Shown piece by piece: positions 1-8,214 of a DNA stretch of 11,185 nt. Where the stretch lies: assembly GCA_043821645.1 (NCBI GenBank), contig JBDRCO010000109.1, forward strand, positions 1 through 11,185. The letters run 5' to 3'. The stretch comes from Pseudomonadota bacterium. Its GTDB lineage: Bacteria; Myxococcota; JACRCW01; JAFGSX01. The notes under the pieces are model-generated. The model had not been told where the DNA came from. It made no database searches and worked only from the letters and a program-made list of their open reading frames with translations. Made by a program: the position numbers and the translations under genes. Position 1 is the first letter of the stretch; every line of letters starts with the position of its first letter.

Positions 1-466
1 CCCGCCGACCTGCGCGACGCGACCACCGTGTGCCGCGTCTCCGGCGGCGCCTGCGACCCCCGCCGAGACCTGCAACGGCGTCGACGTGGACTGCCCCGCC
101 GACGTCCTCGACTCGACCACGGTGTGCCGCGTCTCCGGCGGCGCCTGCGACCCGGCCGAGACCTGCAACGGCGTCGACGTGGGATGCCCCGCCGACCTGC
201 GCGACGCGACCACCGTGTGCCGCGTCTCCGGCGGCGCCTGCGACCCGGCCGAGACCTGCAACGGCGTCGACGTGGGATGCCCCACCGACCTGCGCGACGC
301 GACCACCGTGTGCCGCGTCTCCGGCGGCGCCTGCGACCCCGCCGAGACCTGCAACGGCGTCGACGTGGACTGCCCGGGCGATGTGTTCGACAGCACCACG
401 GTGTGCCGTGCGTCGACGGACGCCTGCGACCCGGCCGAGACCTGCACGGGCACCGCCGCCGATTGC
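1..466 (+). repeat. 93-bp (31-aa) coding tandem repeat, about 5 units
   Basis: The Cys codon that opens each unit recurs at 92, 185, 278, 371 and 464. The first four units are nearly identical at DNA level and the last is diverged. Confidence 0.95.
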
Positions 467-1432
467 CCGGCCGACGTCGACACCGATCTCGACGATGACC
501 TGGTGTGCACGCCCACGGACAACTGCCCGGCGATCGCCAACGCGAGCCAGCTCGACACCGACAAAGACGGCACCGGTGACGCCTGCGACACCGACGACGA
601 CGACGACGGCCTGACCGACGACGAGGAGATCGCGATCAACACCGATCCCCTCGAGGTCGACACAGATCAGGACGGCATCGCCGACGGCGACGAAGTCGGC
701 GCCGATCCCGCGAACCCCCTGAACAGCGACGGCACGGGCGACATCGACACCCTCGACACCGATTCGGATGACGATGGCGTGTCCGACGCCGAGGAGGCGG
801 GCGACACCGATCTGGCGACGGCACCGGTCAACAGCGACAACGACGCGGACCCGGACTACCGGGACACGGACTCGGACAACGACGGCGTCCTCGACGGCAC
901 GGACAATTGCCGCGTCGTCGCCAACGCGGGCCAGGACGACTGGGACCTGGACGGTGTGGGCGATGCCTGCGATCCCGACCCGGCGCCCGACGCCGGCTCG
1001 GCGGATGCGGGCCAGGGGGACGCCGCCGCCACGGACAGTGCCGGGGTCGACGCGGCAGGTCAGGACGCCGGCACGCCCGCCGACGCGGGGGCTGACGCGG
1101 CCGTGGCCGACGCCGCCGGGGTCGACGCCGAGCTGCCCGATACCGCGGGCACTGACACCGCCACCACCGACGCCCCCCCGGGCGACAGCGGGACCCTGGA
1201 CAGGACGGTCACGCCGGTCGACAGCGGGCTCATGATCATCGACGCCTCGCGCAGGCCCGACGCGGCCACCAACGAGGTCGAGGGCGGCTGCGGCTGCGCA
1301 GCGGGCGCGACCTCGCACGCACCTGCCGCCTCGGGTCTGTTCGGCATCCTCGTCGCCTTGACGCTGCGCCGGCGCCGGCGCTCGTGCGGTTCAAGGAGGG
1401 ACTCGCCCGCGCCGGGAGTCCCACGCCTTTAG
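1..1432 (+). CDS. 5'-truncated cell-surface protein: tandem disintegrin-like Cys repeats, thrombospondin type-3 (TSP3) Ca-binding repeats, Asp-pentad linker, MYXO-CTERM-like anchor. The reading frame is broken by one extra C at 57-61.
   Basis: Frame of ORF 86..1432 has strong GC3 bias. It contains 31-aa repeats (CRVSGGACDPAETCNGVDVGCPAD), TSP3 motifs DNCPAIANASQLDTDKDGTGDACD and DNCRVVANAGQDDWDLDGVGDACD, and DTDxDG repeats. The C-terminus is GGCGC...GLFGILVALTLRRRRR. Frame 1 at 1-60 reads the same repeat (PADLRDATTVCRVSGGACDP). Confidence 0.9.
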   Translation, partial: PPTCATRPPCAASPAAPATPAETCNGVDVDCPADVLDSTTVCRVSGGACDPAETCNGVDVGCPADLRDATTVCRVSGGACDPAETCNGVDVGCPTDLRDATTVCRVSGGACDPAETCNGVDVDCPGDVFDSTTVCRASTDACDPAETCTGTAADCPADVDTDLDDDLVCTPTDNCPAIANASQLDTDKDGTGDACDTDDDDDGLTDDEEIAINTDPLEVDTDQDGIADGDEVGADPANPLNSDGTGDIDTLDTDSDDDGVSDAEEAGDTDLATAPVNSDNDADPDYRDTDSDNDGVLDGTDNCRVVANAGQDDWDLDGVGDACDPDPAPDAGSADAGQGDAAATDSAGVDAAGQDAGTPADAGADAAVADAAGVDAELPDTAGTDTATTDAPPGDSGTLDRTVTPVDSGLMIIDASRRPDAATNEVEGGCGCAAGATSHAPAASGLFGILVALTLRRRRRSCGSRRDSPAPGVPRL

Positions 1433-1433
1433 C

Positions 1434-1551
1434 AAGGTGCTCGCCACTTGTTTCGGAACCCGTCACCTGGAGACCGAACAAGACCCTAGAACCCCATTCT
1501 CCGCCTGGCTCTGCCCTGCGGTTCCACTCCAAAAGTGCCAGCCTTCTTCCG
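1434..1551. repeat. Degenerate composite REP-like intergenic element
   Basis: AAGGTGCTCGCCACTTGTTTCG (1434-1455), GAACCCCAT (1489-1497) and AAGTGCCAGCCTTCTTCCG (1533-1551) occur in the same order as the motifs at 2123-2284. Confidence 0.5.
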
Positions 1552-1603
1552 GGCAACGCCGTGAGGTAAATTCAAGACCGCCGGGGGGCATTCGGAGGCT
1601 GGC

Positions 1604-2092
1604 ATGCCCAGACCGCGTACGTCGCTGCTCCTGCTCGCAGGACTGCTCGCTGCCGTGGTCAGCGCGTGCAGCCCCACCGACGGTGACTGGATAGGCTGGA
1701 TCGAGGACGGGGCGCAGGACAGGGCCTGGGACCTGTTCGCGCGCATCGGCGGGGGCCAGGCGCAGCTCATGAAGATCGACATCACCGGCGGCAATGTGCC
1801 CGACCGGGACAGGCTGACCAGCGGCTACCGCGCGCAGCTCGGCGAGGTCGACCACCCCGACGACAACTTCTGGTTCTACAGCATCACCAGCGCCGAGACA
1901 TGGGACCACCTGACCGATACCTGGAGCGAGACCGAGGTCGCGGCGGACGCCACCCTGGGCTTCGCCTACTTTGACGCCGGCGAGGAGCTGCTGCATGTCG
2001 CCTTTTGCACGAAGGGCATGACCTCGACCGCCGAGGGCTCGGTCTGGCATGACCACCTGGTGCGCGACACCCAGAACCGCTTTCCACAGTAG
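1604..2092 (+). CDS. Hypothetical lipoprotein, 162 aa
   Basis: GGAGG RBS at 1594-1598; signal peptide MPRPRTSLLLLAGLLAAVVSA-C with lipobox; high GC3; no family recognised. Confidence 0.85.
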   Translation: MPRPRTSLLLLAGLLAAVVSACSPTDGDWIGWIEDGAQDRAWDLFARIGGGQAQLMKIDITGGNVPDRDRLTSGYRAQLGEVDHPDDNFWFYSITSAETWDHLTDTWSETEVAADATLGFAYFDAGEELLHVAFCTKGMTSTAEGSVWHDHLVRDTQNRFPQ

Positions 2093-2122
2093 GCGGGCCC
2101 GATCGCGAGAGCGTCCAGTTCA

Positions 2123-2284
2123 AAGCTGCCTGGCATCTGTTTCGTTCCCGTCTCCCAGTTCCCGGTTGGGTGGCGCAGGCAGAACCAGCCGGGAGACGGC
2201 AACGGCAACTCGCGCGCGCCCTCTTCAACCGAGAACCCGGAACCGGGAACCGGGAACCCCATCACAGGTGTCTGGCACCTTCCG
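2123..2284. repeat. Composite REP-like element with inverted heptamer (AACCGGG) arrays between convergent genes; possible bidirectional terminator or mRNA-stabilising structure
   Basis: REP-like ends at 2123-2144 and 2266-2284. Heptamers AACCGAG/AACCCGG/AACCGGG/AACCGGG at 2227-2254, with inverted copies at 2139-2167. GTTCCCGTCTCCC (2144-2156) pairs with GGGAGACGGCAAC (2191-2203) with one mismatch. Confidence 0.7.
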
Positions 2285-2307
2285 CACGGCGGCCGCGGGA
2301 CCCGCGA

Positions 2308-2610
2308 TCAGCCTCCCGGGCACACGACGGCGAGGGCGTCGTCCGCGGGCGCGCTGCACCCGCCCGCCTCGAAGCAGAACTCGAGGTCCGGGGTCTCGCG
2401 CTGCAGGCAGTCACAGCTGCGCTCGCCGGTGCAGGCAGCGGGAAGCGCGTGACAGCCGGCCGTCGACGGCGCCAGCGTGTCCGAGCCGTACAGGACACAG
2501 TACTCCCTCGCCGCGTCGCAGGCCGCCTCGGCGCAGGTCGTGGGTTCGAACGAACAGCCCGCTGCCGCTGACATCGCCACCGCTGTCACCAGCCACCACC
2601 AGCGTTTCAT
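2308..2610 (-). CDS. Small Cys-rich lipoprotein, 100 aa
   Basis: ATG at 2610 with GGAGG RBS (CCTCC at 2615-2619 on +). MKRWWWLVTAVAMSAAAG-C forms a lipobox, followed by 10 further Cys. It appears only as the tail of shadow ORF 2308..4743. Confidence 0.85.
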   Translation of the reverse strand: MKRWWWLVTAVAMSAAAGCSFEPTTCAEAACDAAREYCVLYGSDTLAPSTAGCHALPAACTGERSCDCLQRETPDLEFCFEAGGCSAPADDALAVVCPGG

Positions 2611-2708
2611 GAGGCCTCCGGGAATGATGCATTGTAGATCAATTCCGCCAGGACGGGTGCGCGGGCGGCCCGCTCCCAGTCGACGCCCAGCGCTTCTGGC
2701 AGCCGGGC

Positions 2709-5700
2709 CTACTCCTGGTCGCGGACCACGACGCGCAGCTCGTCGCTGGTGGCCTGGATCTCGGGCGCGTACATGGCCTCGAAGCGTGCGGGCAAGGCGT
2801 GAAACTTGCCGGGGACCTCGGCGCGCAGCTCGTACGAGAGGGTCGTGGTCCCGGCCGTCAGCTCGGTCAAAAACATGGCCACGCGATCCCTGCGCAGCTC
2901 GGCGTGGGTGCAGGCGTTGCGGCAGACCTCGGGTCCGCTCTTGAGCAGCACCGCCTCGAGGCCAGCGGGTTTGAAGTCCTCGATGGAGACGAACTCGACC
3001 GGCTTGCTGGCGCGCATCTCGATGTCGACCTGGACCCGCTCGCCCGAGGTCAGCGCCATGCCCTGCTCGAACTCGGTCTGCGGCGGCTGGTCCGCTCCCT
3101 CCCGGCCCAGCAGGGTGTAGCGCCGGGACAGGGTGACGTCGCTGCCCACGCCCTTGATGTCCTCGTTGCGGTTGTAGACGTCCCACAGCGCCGCGTAATA
3201 GGCCGTGCCACTGCCCTCGCGGCGCAGCTCGATGCGGTTGCTGCCGGACCGAAACGCGCTGTCGTCGAGCACGATCGGCTGCTCGATGGTGGCCCCGCCC
3301 TGCTCGTACTCCAGCCGCGCCTTCTGCATGCCATTGACCAGAACCGTCAGCGCTCCTCGGGCCACACCGGCCTCCTCGGCGATGGCGATCTCGGCCAGGG
3401 CATAGACCGCCATGGCGGTGTCCCGCGTGCTGTGCCACTTGCCGCCATTGCGCCTGAGCACCAGAAAGTCGACCAGCGGCTTGATCTGCGGTGAGGTCGG
3501 GTCGTGTCGCTGCAGGGCCATGATGGCGTAGGCCGTGGCCTCGATGGCCGCCGAGGTCTGCCACATGCTGTCGGCGTGGCCGACGTAGGACTCGGGCCGC
3601 TGGGTCGAGGCCTGGATCAGGTCGTCGAGGCTGGCGATGGCCTCGTCGGCGCGCTTGTCCCTGGCCGCCACCAGCGCCAGCGCGGCCATGGCCCGGCCAC
3701 GTGGCGAGAGTTCGCGGTAGCCCTTGTACAGCGCGTCCACGTCGACCTCTGGTGCGCCACCGGTCAGCGCCAGCACGAAGACGGCAAAGGCGTGATGCTC
3801 TGGACGCTGTCGCATGTGGACCAGCTGATCGATCAGGAAGCCGCGGCCGCGCTCGAGCGCGCTGCCGTCGACACCGAGCCCCGCATCCCGGGCCAGCATC
3901 AGGCCGTACACGGCGTAGGCCGTCATCCAGGGGTTGGACGCATCGCCGTGCCACCAGCCCCAGCCGCCGTCGCCGTGCTGCAAGCTGTAGAGCCGCTGCA
4001 GCCCCGCCGCCACCATCCGGTCGAGGTCGGCAGGCACACGCTGCGTCGACAGCTCGAGCTTGCCGACCACCCTGGCGGCGATGGCCGCGGGCACGAAGCG
4101 CGACAGGGTCTGCTCGGTGCAGCCGTAGGGGTAGTGGGCCAGGTAGGGGAGCGCGTCGAGCATGACGCTGACCAGCGAGGGCGAGAAATTCAGCTCGAAG
4201 CGGGTGCCGGCGGCATTGCGCTGCCGTGGCAGTTCGACGCTGAGCGTGGCCTCGGTCTCGAGGCGTCCGGCGAGGGATCGCCGCTGGGCGGAGCCATGCA
4301 CCACGGCCGACAGGGTCTGCTCCACCGCGTCGGCATCCTTGAGCGCCCGGGCCACCACCTGGATCCGGATCTCCCCGGCCCGCTGCACGACGAAGCGGCT
4401 GTCGACGCGCTTCTCGCCCGCCGGCGGGACGATCACCTTGTGCTGCGCACCGGACAGCGGCCGCAGGCCCGGCGCCGTGAAGCGGACGCTGACGGGCACT
4501 GGCGTGGCGAAGCGGCTGTTGATGATGGCCGACAGCGTCACCTCGTCGCGCTCGGTGAAGAAGCGCGGGGCCTGCAGCCGCACCATCAGGGGTTTCTCGG
4601 TGCGGATGGTCGTCCGCTCCACCCCGATCTCCGGGCCCCGGGTCAGGGCGATGACCGTGGCGCGCCACGACGTGAGGGAGTCGGTGAGCGCCGCGCGAAG
4701 CCTGAGCGGGCTGCCCACCCGGCCGCTCTGCTGCGGGAACCACCCCGCGGAGCTGCCAAAGTCTTTGCGCACCTTGACCTCAGCTGCAGGCGCCTCGTCG
4801 GCCCGTGCGACAGCCTGCGCCGCTGTTGGCGCTGCGGGCCCGGCCGCGGACTCCGTCGCCTGCTTGGCCGCGAGCTCTCGCGGCTGGGCGCCCTCCCGGG
4901 TCGACCTCACCAGTTTGTCGAGGAGCCCGTCGTGCGCGCTCTCGGGTCCGGGTTCCGGGCTGGGCTGTGGCTTGGGCGGCGGCGGCCTGAAGGGCCGCTG
5001 CTGAAAACCGACGCTCGTCTGCACGTACGCGCTCTGTCGACTCGGCCCGACGAAGGAGAGCAGATCCGAGGGTTCCGGCACGATGCCGTACAGCGCCTCG
5101 TCGACGATGGTCACGGCCAGCTCCAGCGGCTGGCCGCGCGACGCCTGGCTCCGCGCGGCCACGGTCAGCGGCAGGCGCGTCCCCGGAGCGGTCGCCTGGG
5201 TCGGAAACGACGCCCTGACATCGAGCTCTCCCCCGCCGCCGCGCACCCGGACCTCGCGCTCCCAGTGCAGGAGATTCTTCTTCTCCACCCGCGCGATGTG
5301 CACAAACGCGTTGGGTGACATGGCGGGGCTCAGGGGAAGCTCGAAGAAGCGAGCGCGTCCCGTCAGCTCCAGGCTGCGGGCCAGGTGCAGGTCGTCCCCC
5401 TCGATGGTGGCCAGGATATGACCGCCGGGCGAGGGGGTGGCGACCAGCGCGCGCACGGTTCCGTCCGCGCGCAGTGGCACGGTATCGATGATGACCTGAA
5501 ACGCCTCTCCCGCTGCCACGGTGGGCTTGGCTTCGTTGGTCAGCCACAGATCGCTGGTCGCCAGCGGTGCGGCCTGGTCCGAGTCGTCAGCCGACCACAG
5601 CTCGAGCCGGATCGGTCCGAGGGCATCGGCGTCGAGCGCGATCGCGGCCCGACCGTTGACGAGATCGACCAAACGCCGCAGCACTGGCAGGGGCTTGTCG

Positions 5701-7955
5701 TCTTCGATGAGCTGCATCCGGAGCTCCAGCCGGGGCGAGACCGGGCGCGCGTTGGCATCCTCCGCCCGCAGCTCGACCGCGATCCTCTCCCCAGGCTGGT
5801 AGAGCACCCGGTCGGTGCGCAGGTCGACGAAGTAGGGCGGCGACGACACGTAGATCGTGCCCGCACCACCCACCTCGCGCCGGGACGCGTCGGTCAGCTG
5901 GAGCTGCACCTCCAGGGCGCTGCCGCTGCCCCCGCGGGTCGGCACCTCGAGCACGGCCGCGCCGCTGTCGTCGGTGGTGAACAGGAGCTTGACCGTCTGC
6001 AGGCTCCCCCGGAAGCGGCGACGGTAGCGTTCTCTCCTCGCTACAGCGGGGTCGGGCGGCGGCTCGTCGGCCCAGGGGCCCCACGCGTGCTGCCACGGGC
6101 GCTCCGTGATGGTGGCGACCCCCTGGGCGCGGGCGACCGGCCCGCCAAAGTAGTGGGAGGCCGTGACCCGGAGCTTGGCGATCTCGCCGCTGCGCGCTTG
6201 CCCCACCGGCGCGACCTGTAACAGCACCTCCGGTGGCTTGTACTCCTCGACCTGAAACACGCCCTCGTTGCTCCTGAAGGGCCTGGTATCGGAGCGCAGC
6301 CTGAACGTGTACCGCCCGAGCTGGGCGTCCTTCTTGAGCGGGAGGTCGAAGTAGGCCGTGCCAAAGGCGCTGGTCTTGACCTGGCGCTTGTCGACCTCGC
6401 GCCCGGTCGCGTCGTTTAACCTGATCTCGAGCGTCGCATCGGCCACGGGTTGACTGGGGCCCTTGTCGCGCGCGCGCAGCAGGACCATCACACCGACGGT
6501 CTCGCCCGGCTTGTACAGGGGACGATCGGTCCGCACGTAGCCGAGGTAGGTCCTGGGCGCCGAGCCGAATCCCTTGGACGAGCCGATGCTGACAAACGCG
6601 AACTGGTTGTTGGTGCCGGACCAGGCGTCGATGCGCTTGACGCTCGGCCCCTCGACGTCGAACAGGCACAGGCCGTCCTTGTCGGCGGTCTTGTTGAGGC
6701 GCTGCTGGCTTTTTCCGTGGTCGACATAGAGGGCGACCTCGGCGTTGGCGACCGCCTGGCCCGACTCCGCATCGACGGTCCAGATCGCCACCTGGCTCGC
6801 GGCCATCTTGAGGAGAGCGGTCAGCGGCGTGATCAGGATCGAGGTGGAGGCCACGAGCTCCTTGGCCCTGGCCTCCAGGGCGTAGCTCCCCGGCTGATCG
6901 ATGTCGAGGACGATGGTCTTGTCGCCGGCCTGGTGAGGCGCCGGCTCCTCGAGAGGCTCGGTCCAGGTCCGGATGATCGCTCCCGCGGCTCCGGCCATGG
7001 CAGCACCGCCACCGAACATGGCCGCGGCGTCCTGCTGCAGGGGATCGGCGTGGCGGAGGGTCAGCTCCACCTGGGTCTGGTTGCGGAAGGAGATCTTGAG
7101 CTCGGGCTTGCCGCCGGGAAGCTCGACGTACTGGACCTCCAGCGTCAGCTCGGGCTTCTTGATGCGCGCGATGCTCTCGCGCGCCTTGTGGGCGCTGCCT
7201 CGCCCGAGCGCGACCACCGCCTCGTCGTGCAGCACCGCCTGCGCCAGCTCGTTGCGACCTTCGCACCAGCTCGCCAGCTGCAGCAGAGCGACGTCCGCCT
7301 GTGCACTGTCTCTATCCTCGCCGAGGGCGAGCAGCGTCTCTTTTCCCTGGGGCGCGGTGGCTTCGTTCTGGAGCTGGCGAACGCCTCGCTCGTACAGGGC
7401 GCGGTCCCGCTGCTGCGGGTCCGGATGAGCGGCGAGGATGCGCTTGGCGAAGCGCAGATCACCGCTGCGCTCGAGCTCGGCAAAGCACAGCGCGATGTAG
7501 CGCTCGCGCGCCTCGTCGGCCTGGCGCCCGGAGCGGAGCGAGATGCGCTGGAGCTGATCCACGGCCAGCTGGCAGCGACCGTCGGGCTGGTTGTCGAGCG
7601 CGCGCTCGCCGCGTTCGCACAGCACGGTGTGGGCCAGGGCGCGCCCGAAGTCATCGGGTCCCGACTCCGCGATGTGATGGAGATCGTCGACGCTGCGCTT
7701 GGGCTCGACTCTGGCCGCGAGACAGCTGACGGCGCGCTTCACCTGGCCCTCGCGGGTCAGCTCGGCCGCGGGAAACTGCTCCAGGTAGGGGGAGAAGGCC
7801 CGACACGCCTCGGCCCAGGACTTCCGCTGATAGGACCTGTTCGCGACATCGAAGGCGCGCTGCTCCTGCGGGCTGGGGTGGGACCCGGCATCGCAGGACA
7901 GCTGCAGGGCCAGGGGCAGAAGTGCGGCGACCACAAGACGGTGATGTCGCGACAT
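2709..7955 (-). CDS. Bacterial alpha-2-macroglobulin family lipoprotein (YfhM-like) with N-terminal TPR-like region, 1748 aa
   Basis: MG2 signature TDRPLYKPGETV, second TDRVLYQPGE, LTDSLTSWR, PRFFTERD, thioester YPYGCTEQT, QHGDGGWGWW, WHSTRDTA, and C-terminal PGKFHALPARFEAMYAPE. ATG at 7955 has a GGAGGA RBS and begins MSRHHRLVVAALLPLALQLS-C. Confidence 0.95.
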   Translation of the reverse strand: MSRHHRLVVAALLPLALQLSCDAGSHPSPQEQRAFDVANRSYQRKSWAEACRAFSPYLEQFPAAELTREGQVKRAVSCLAARVEPKRSVDDLHHIAESGPDDFGRALAHTVLCERGERALDNQPDGRCQLAVDQLQRISLRSGRQADEARERYIALCFAELERSGDLRFAKRILAAHPDPQQRDRALYERGVRQLQNEATAPQGKETLLALGEDRDSAQADVALLQLASWCEGRNELAQAVLHDEAVVALGRGSAHKARESIARIKKPELTLEVQYVELPGGKPELKISFRNQTQVELTLRHADPLQQDAAAMFGGGAAMAGAAGAIIRTWTEPLEEPAPHQAGDKTIVLDIDQPGSYALEARAKELVASTSILITPLTALLKMAASQVAIWTVDAESGQAVANAEVALYVDHGKSQQRLNKTADKDGLCLFDVEGPSVKRIDAWSGTNNQFAFVSIGSSKGFGSAPRTYLGYVRTDRPLYKPGETVGVMVLLRARDKGPSQPVADATLEIRLNDATGREVDKRQVKTSAFGTAYFDLPLKKDAQLGRYTFRLRSDTRPFRSNEGVFQVEEYKPPEVLLQVAPVGQARSGEIAKLRVTASHYFGGPVARAQGVATITERPWQHAWGPWADEPPPDPAVARRERYRRRFRGSLQTVKLLFTTDDSGAAVLEVPTRGGSGSALEVQLQLTDASRREVGGAGTIYVSSPPYFVDLRTDRVLYQPGERIAVELRAEDANARPVSPRLELRMQLIEDDKPLPVLRRLVDLVNGRAAIALDADALGPIRLELWSADDSDQAAPLATSDLWLTNEAKPTVAAGEAFQVIIDTVPLRADGTVRALVATPSPGGHILATIEGDDLHLARSLELTGRARFFELPLSPAMSPNAFVHIARVEKKNLLHWEREVRVRGGGGELDVRASFPTQATAPGTRLPLTVAARSQASRGQPLELAVTIVDEALYGIVPEPSDLLSFVGPSRQSAYVQTSVGFQQRPFRPPPPKPQPSPEPGPESAHDGLLDKLVRSTREGAQPRELAAKQATESAAGPAAPTAAQAVARADEAPAAEVKVRKDFGSSAGWFPQQSGRVGSPLRLRAALTDSLTSWRATVIALTRGPEIGVERTTIRTEKPLMVRLQAPRFFTERDEVTLSAIINSRFATPVPVSVRFTAPGLRPLSGAQHKVIVPPAGEKRVDSRFVVQRAGEIRIQVVARALKDADAVEQTLSAVVHGSAQRRSLAGRLETEATLSVELPRQRNAAGTRFELNFSPSLVSVMLDALPYLAHYPYGCTEQTLSRFVPAAIAARVVGKLELSTQRVPADLDRMVAAGLQRLYSLQHGDGGWGWWHGDASNPWMTAYAVYGLMLARDAGLGVDGSALERGRGFLIDQLVHMRQRPEHHAFAVFVLALTGGAPEVDVDALYKGYRELSPRGRAMAALALVAARDKRADEAIASLDDLIQASTQRPESYVGHADSMWQTSAAIEATAYAIMALQRHDPTSPQIKPLVDFLVLRRNGGKWHSTRDTAMAVYALAEIAIAEEAGVARGALTVLVNGMQKARLEYEQGGATIEQPIVLDDSAFRSGSNRIELRREGSGTAYYAALWDVYNRNEDIKGVGSDVTLSRRYTLLGREGADQPPQTEFEQGMALTSGERVQVDIEMRASKPVEFVSIEDFKPAGLEAVLLKSGPEVCRNACTHAELRRDRVAMFLTELTAGTTTLSYELRAEVPGKFHALPARFEAMYAPEIQATSDELRVVVRDQE
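4110..4121 (-). other. Thioester motif CTEQ (CxEQ) of the alpha-2-macroglobulin
   Basis: Reverse complement reads TGC ACC GAG CAG within YPYGCTEQT. Confidence 0.92.
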
Positions 7956-8214
7956 GGGTCCTCCCCGCAGGCGGACGCACGAGGCCCGTGTGTCCCCCAA
8001 GGTAGCAAGCTGCTGTGCGTCACCATAGCGCGAGTCGAGGCCTCGGGTGAGGTGGTGGTGAACTGCGCCACGCGTCAGGGTCCCTCGCCGGTGGCCACGG
8101 CCCCGCTGCGGGGCGAGAACGCGCGACGGGATCAGCCCCGGTCCAGGTTGTTAGGTGGCAGCGCGCGAGATATGTTGCGGAGCCACAGCCGTAGCATCGC
8201 GCAAAGGAATCCAC
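7956..8214. promoter_or_regulatory. Divergent intergenic region presumed to hold promoters for both flanking genes
   Basis: Inferred from gene orientation and the RBS at each end (AAAGGA before 8215). No promoter consensus was identified. Confidence 0.35.

Noticed and set aside
2611..4743. 811-aa ORF 2308..4743 (-)
   Set aside because: Off-frame shadow of the A2M gene, rich in Arg/Ala/Gly. Only its last 100 codons form a real gene.
7956..8000. Upstream start of A2M at 8000
   Set aside because: ATG at 7955 has an RBS and begins the signal peptide.
8150..8178. Integron attC core (GTTAGGT) or sigma54 promoter (TGGCA...TTGC)
   Set aside because: No matching inverse core RYYYAAC, and the GG-to-GC spacing does not fit -24/-12.
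8155..8214. Upstream GTG start at 8155
   Set aside because: ATG at 8215 has an AAAGGA RBS and gives a clean signal peptide.
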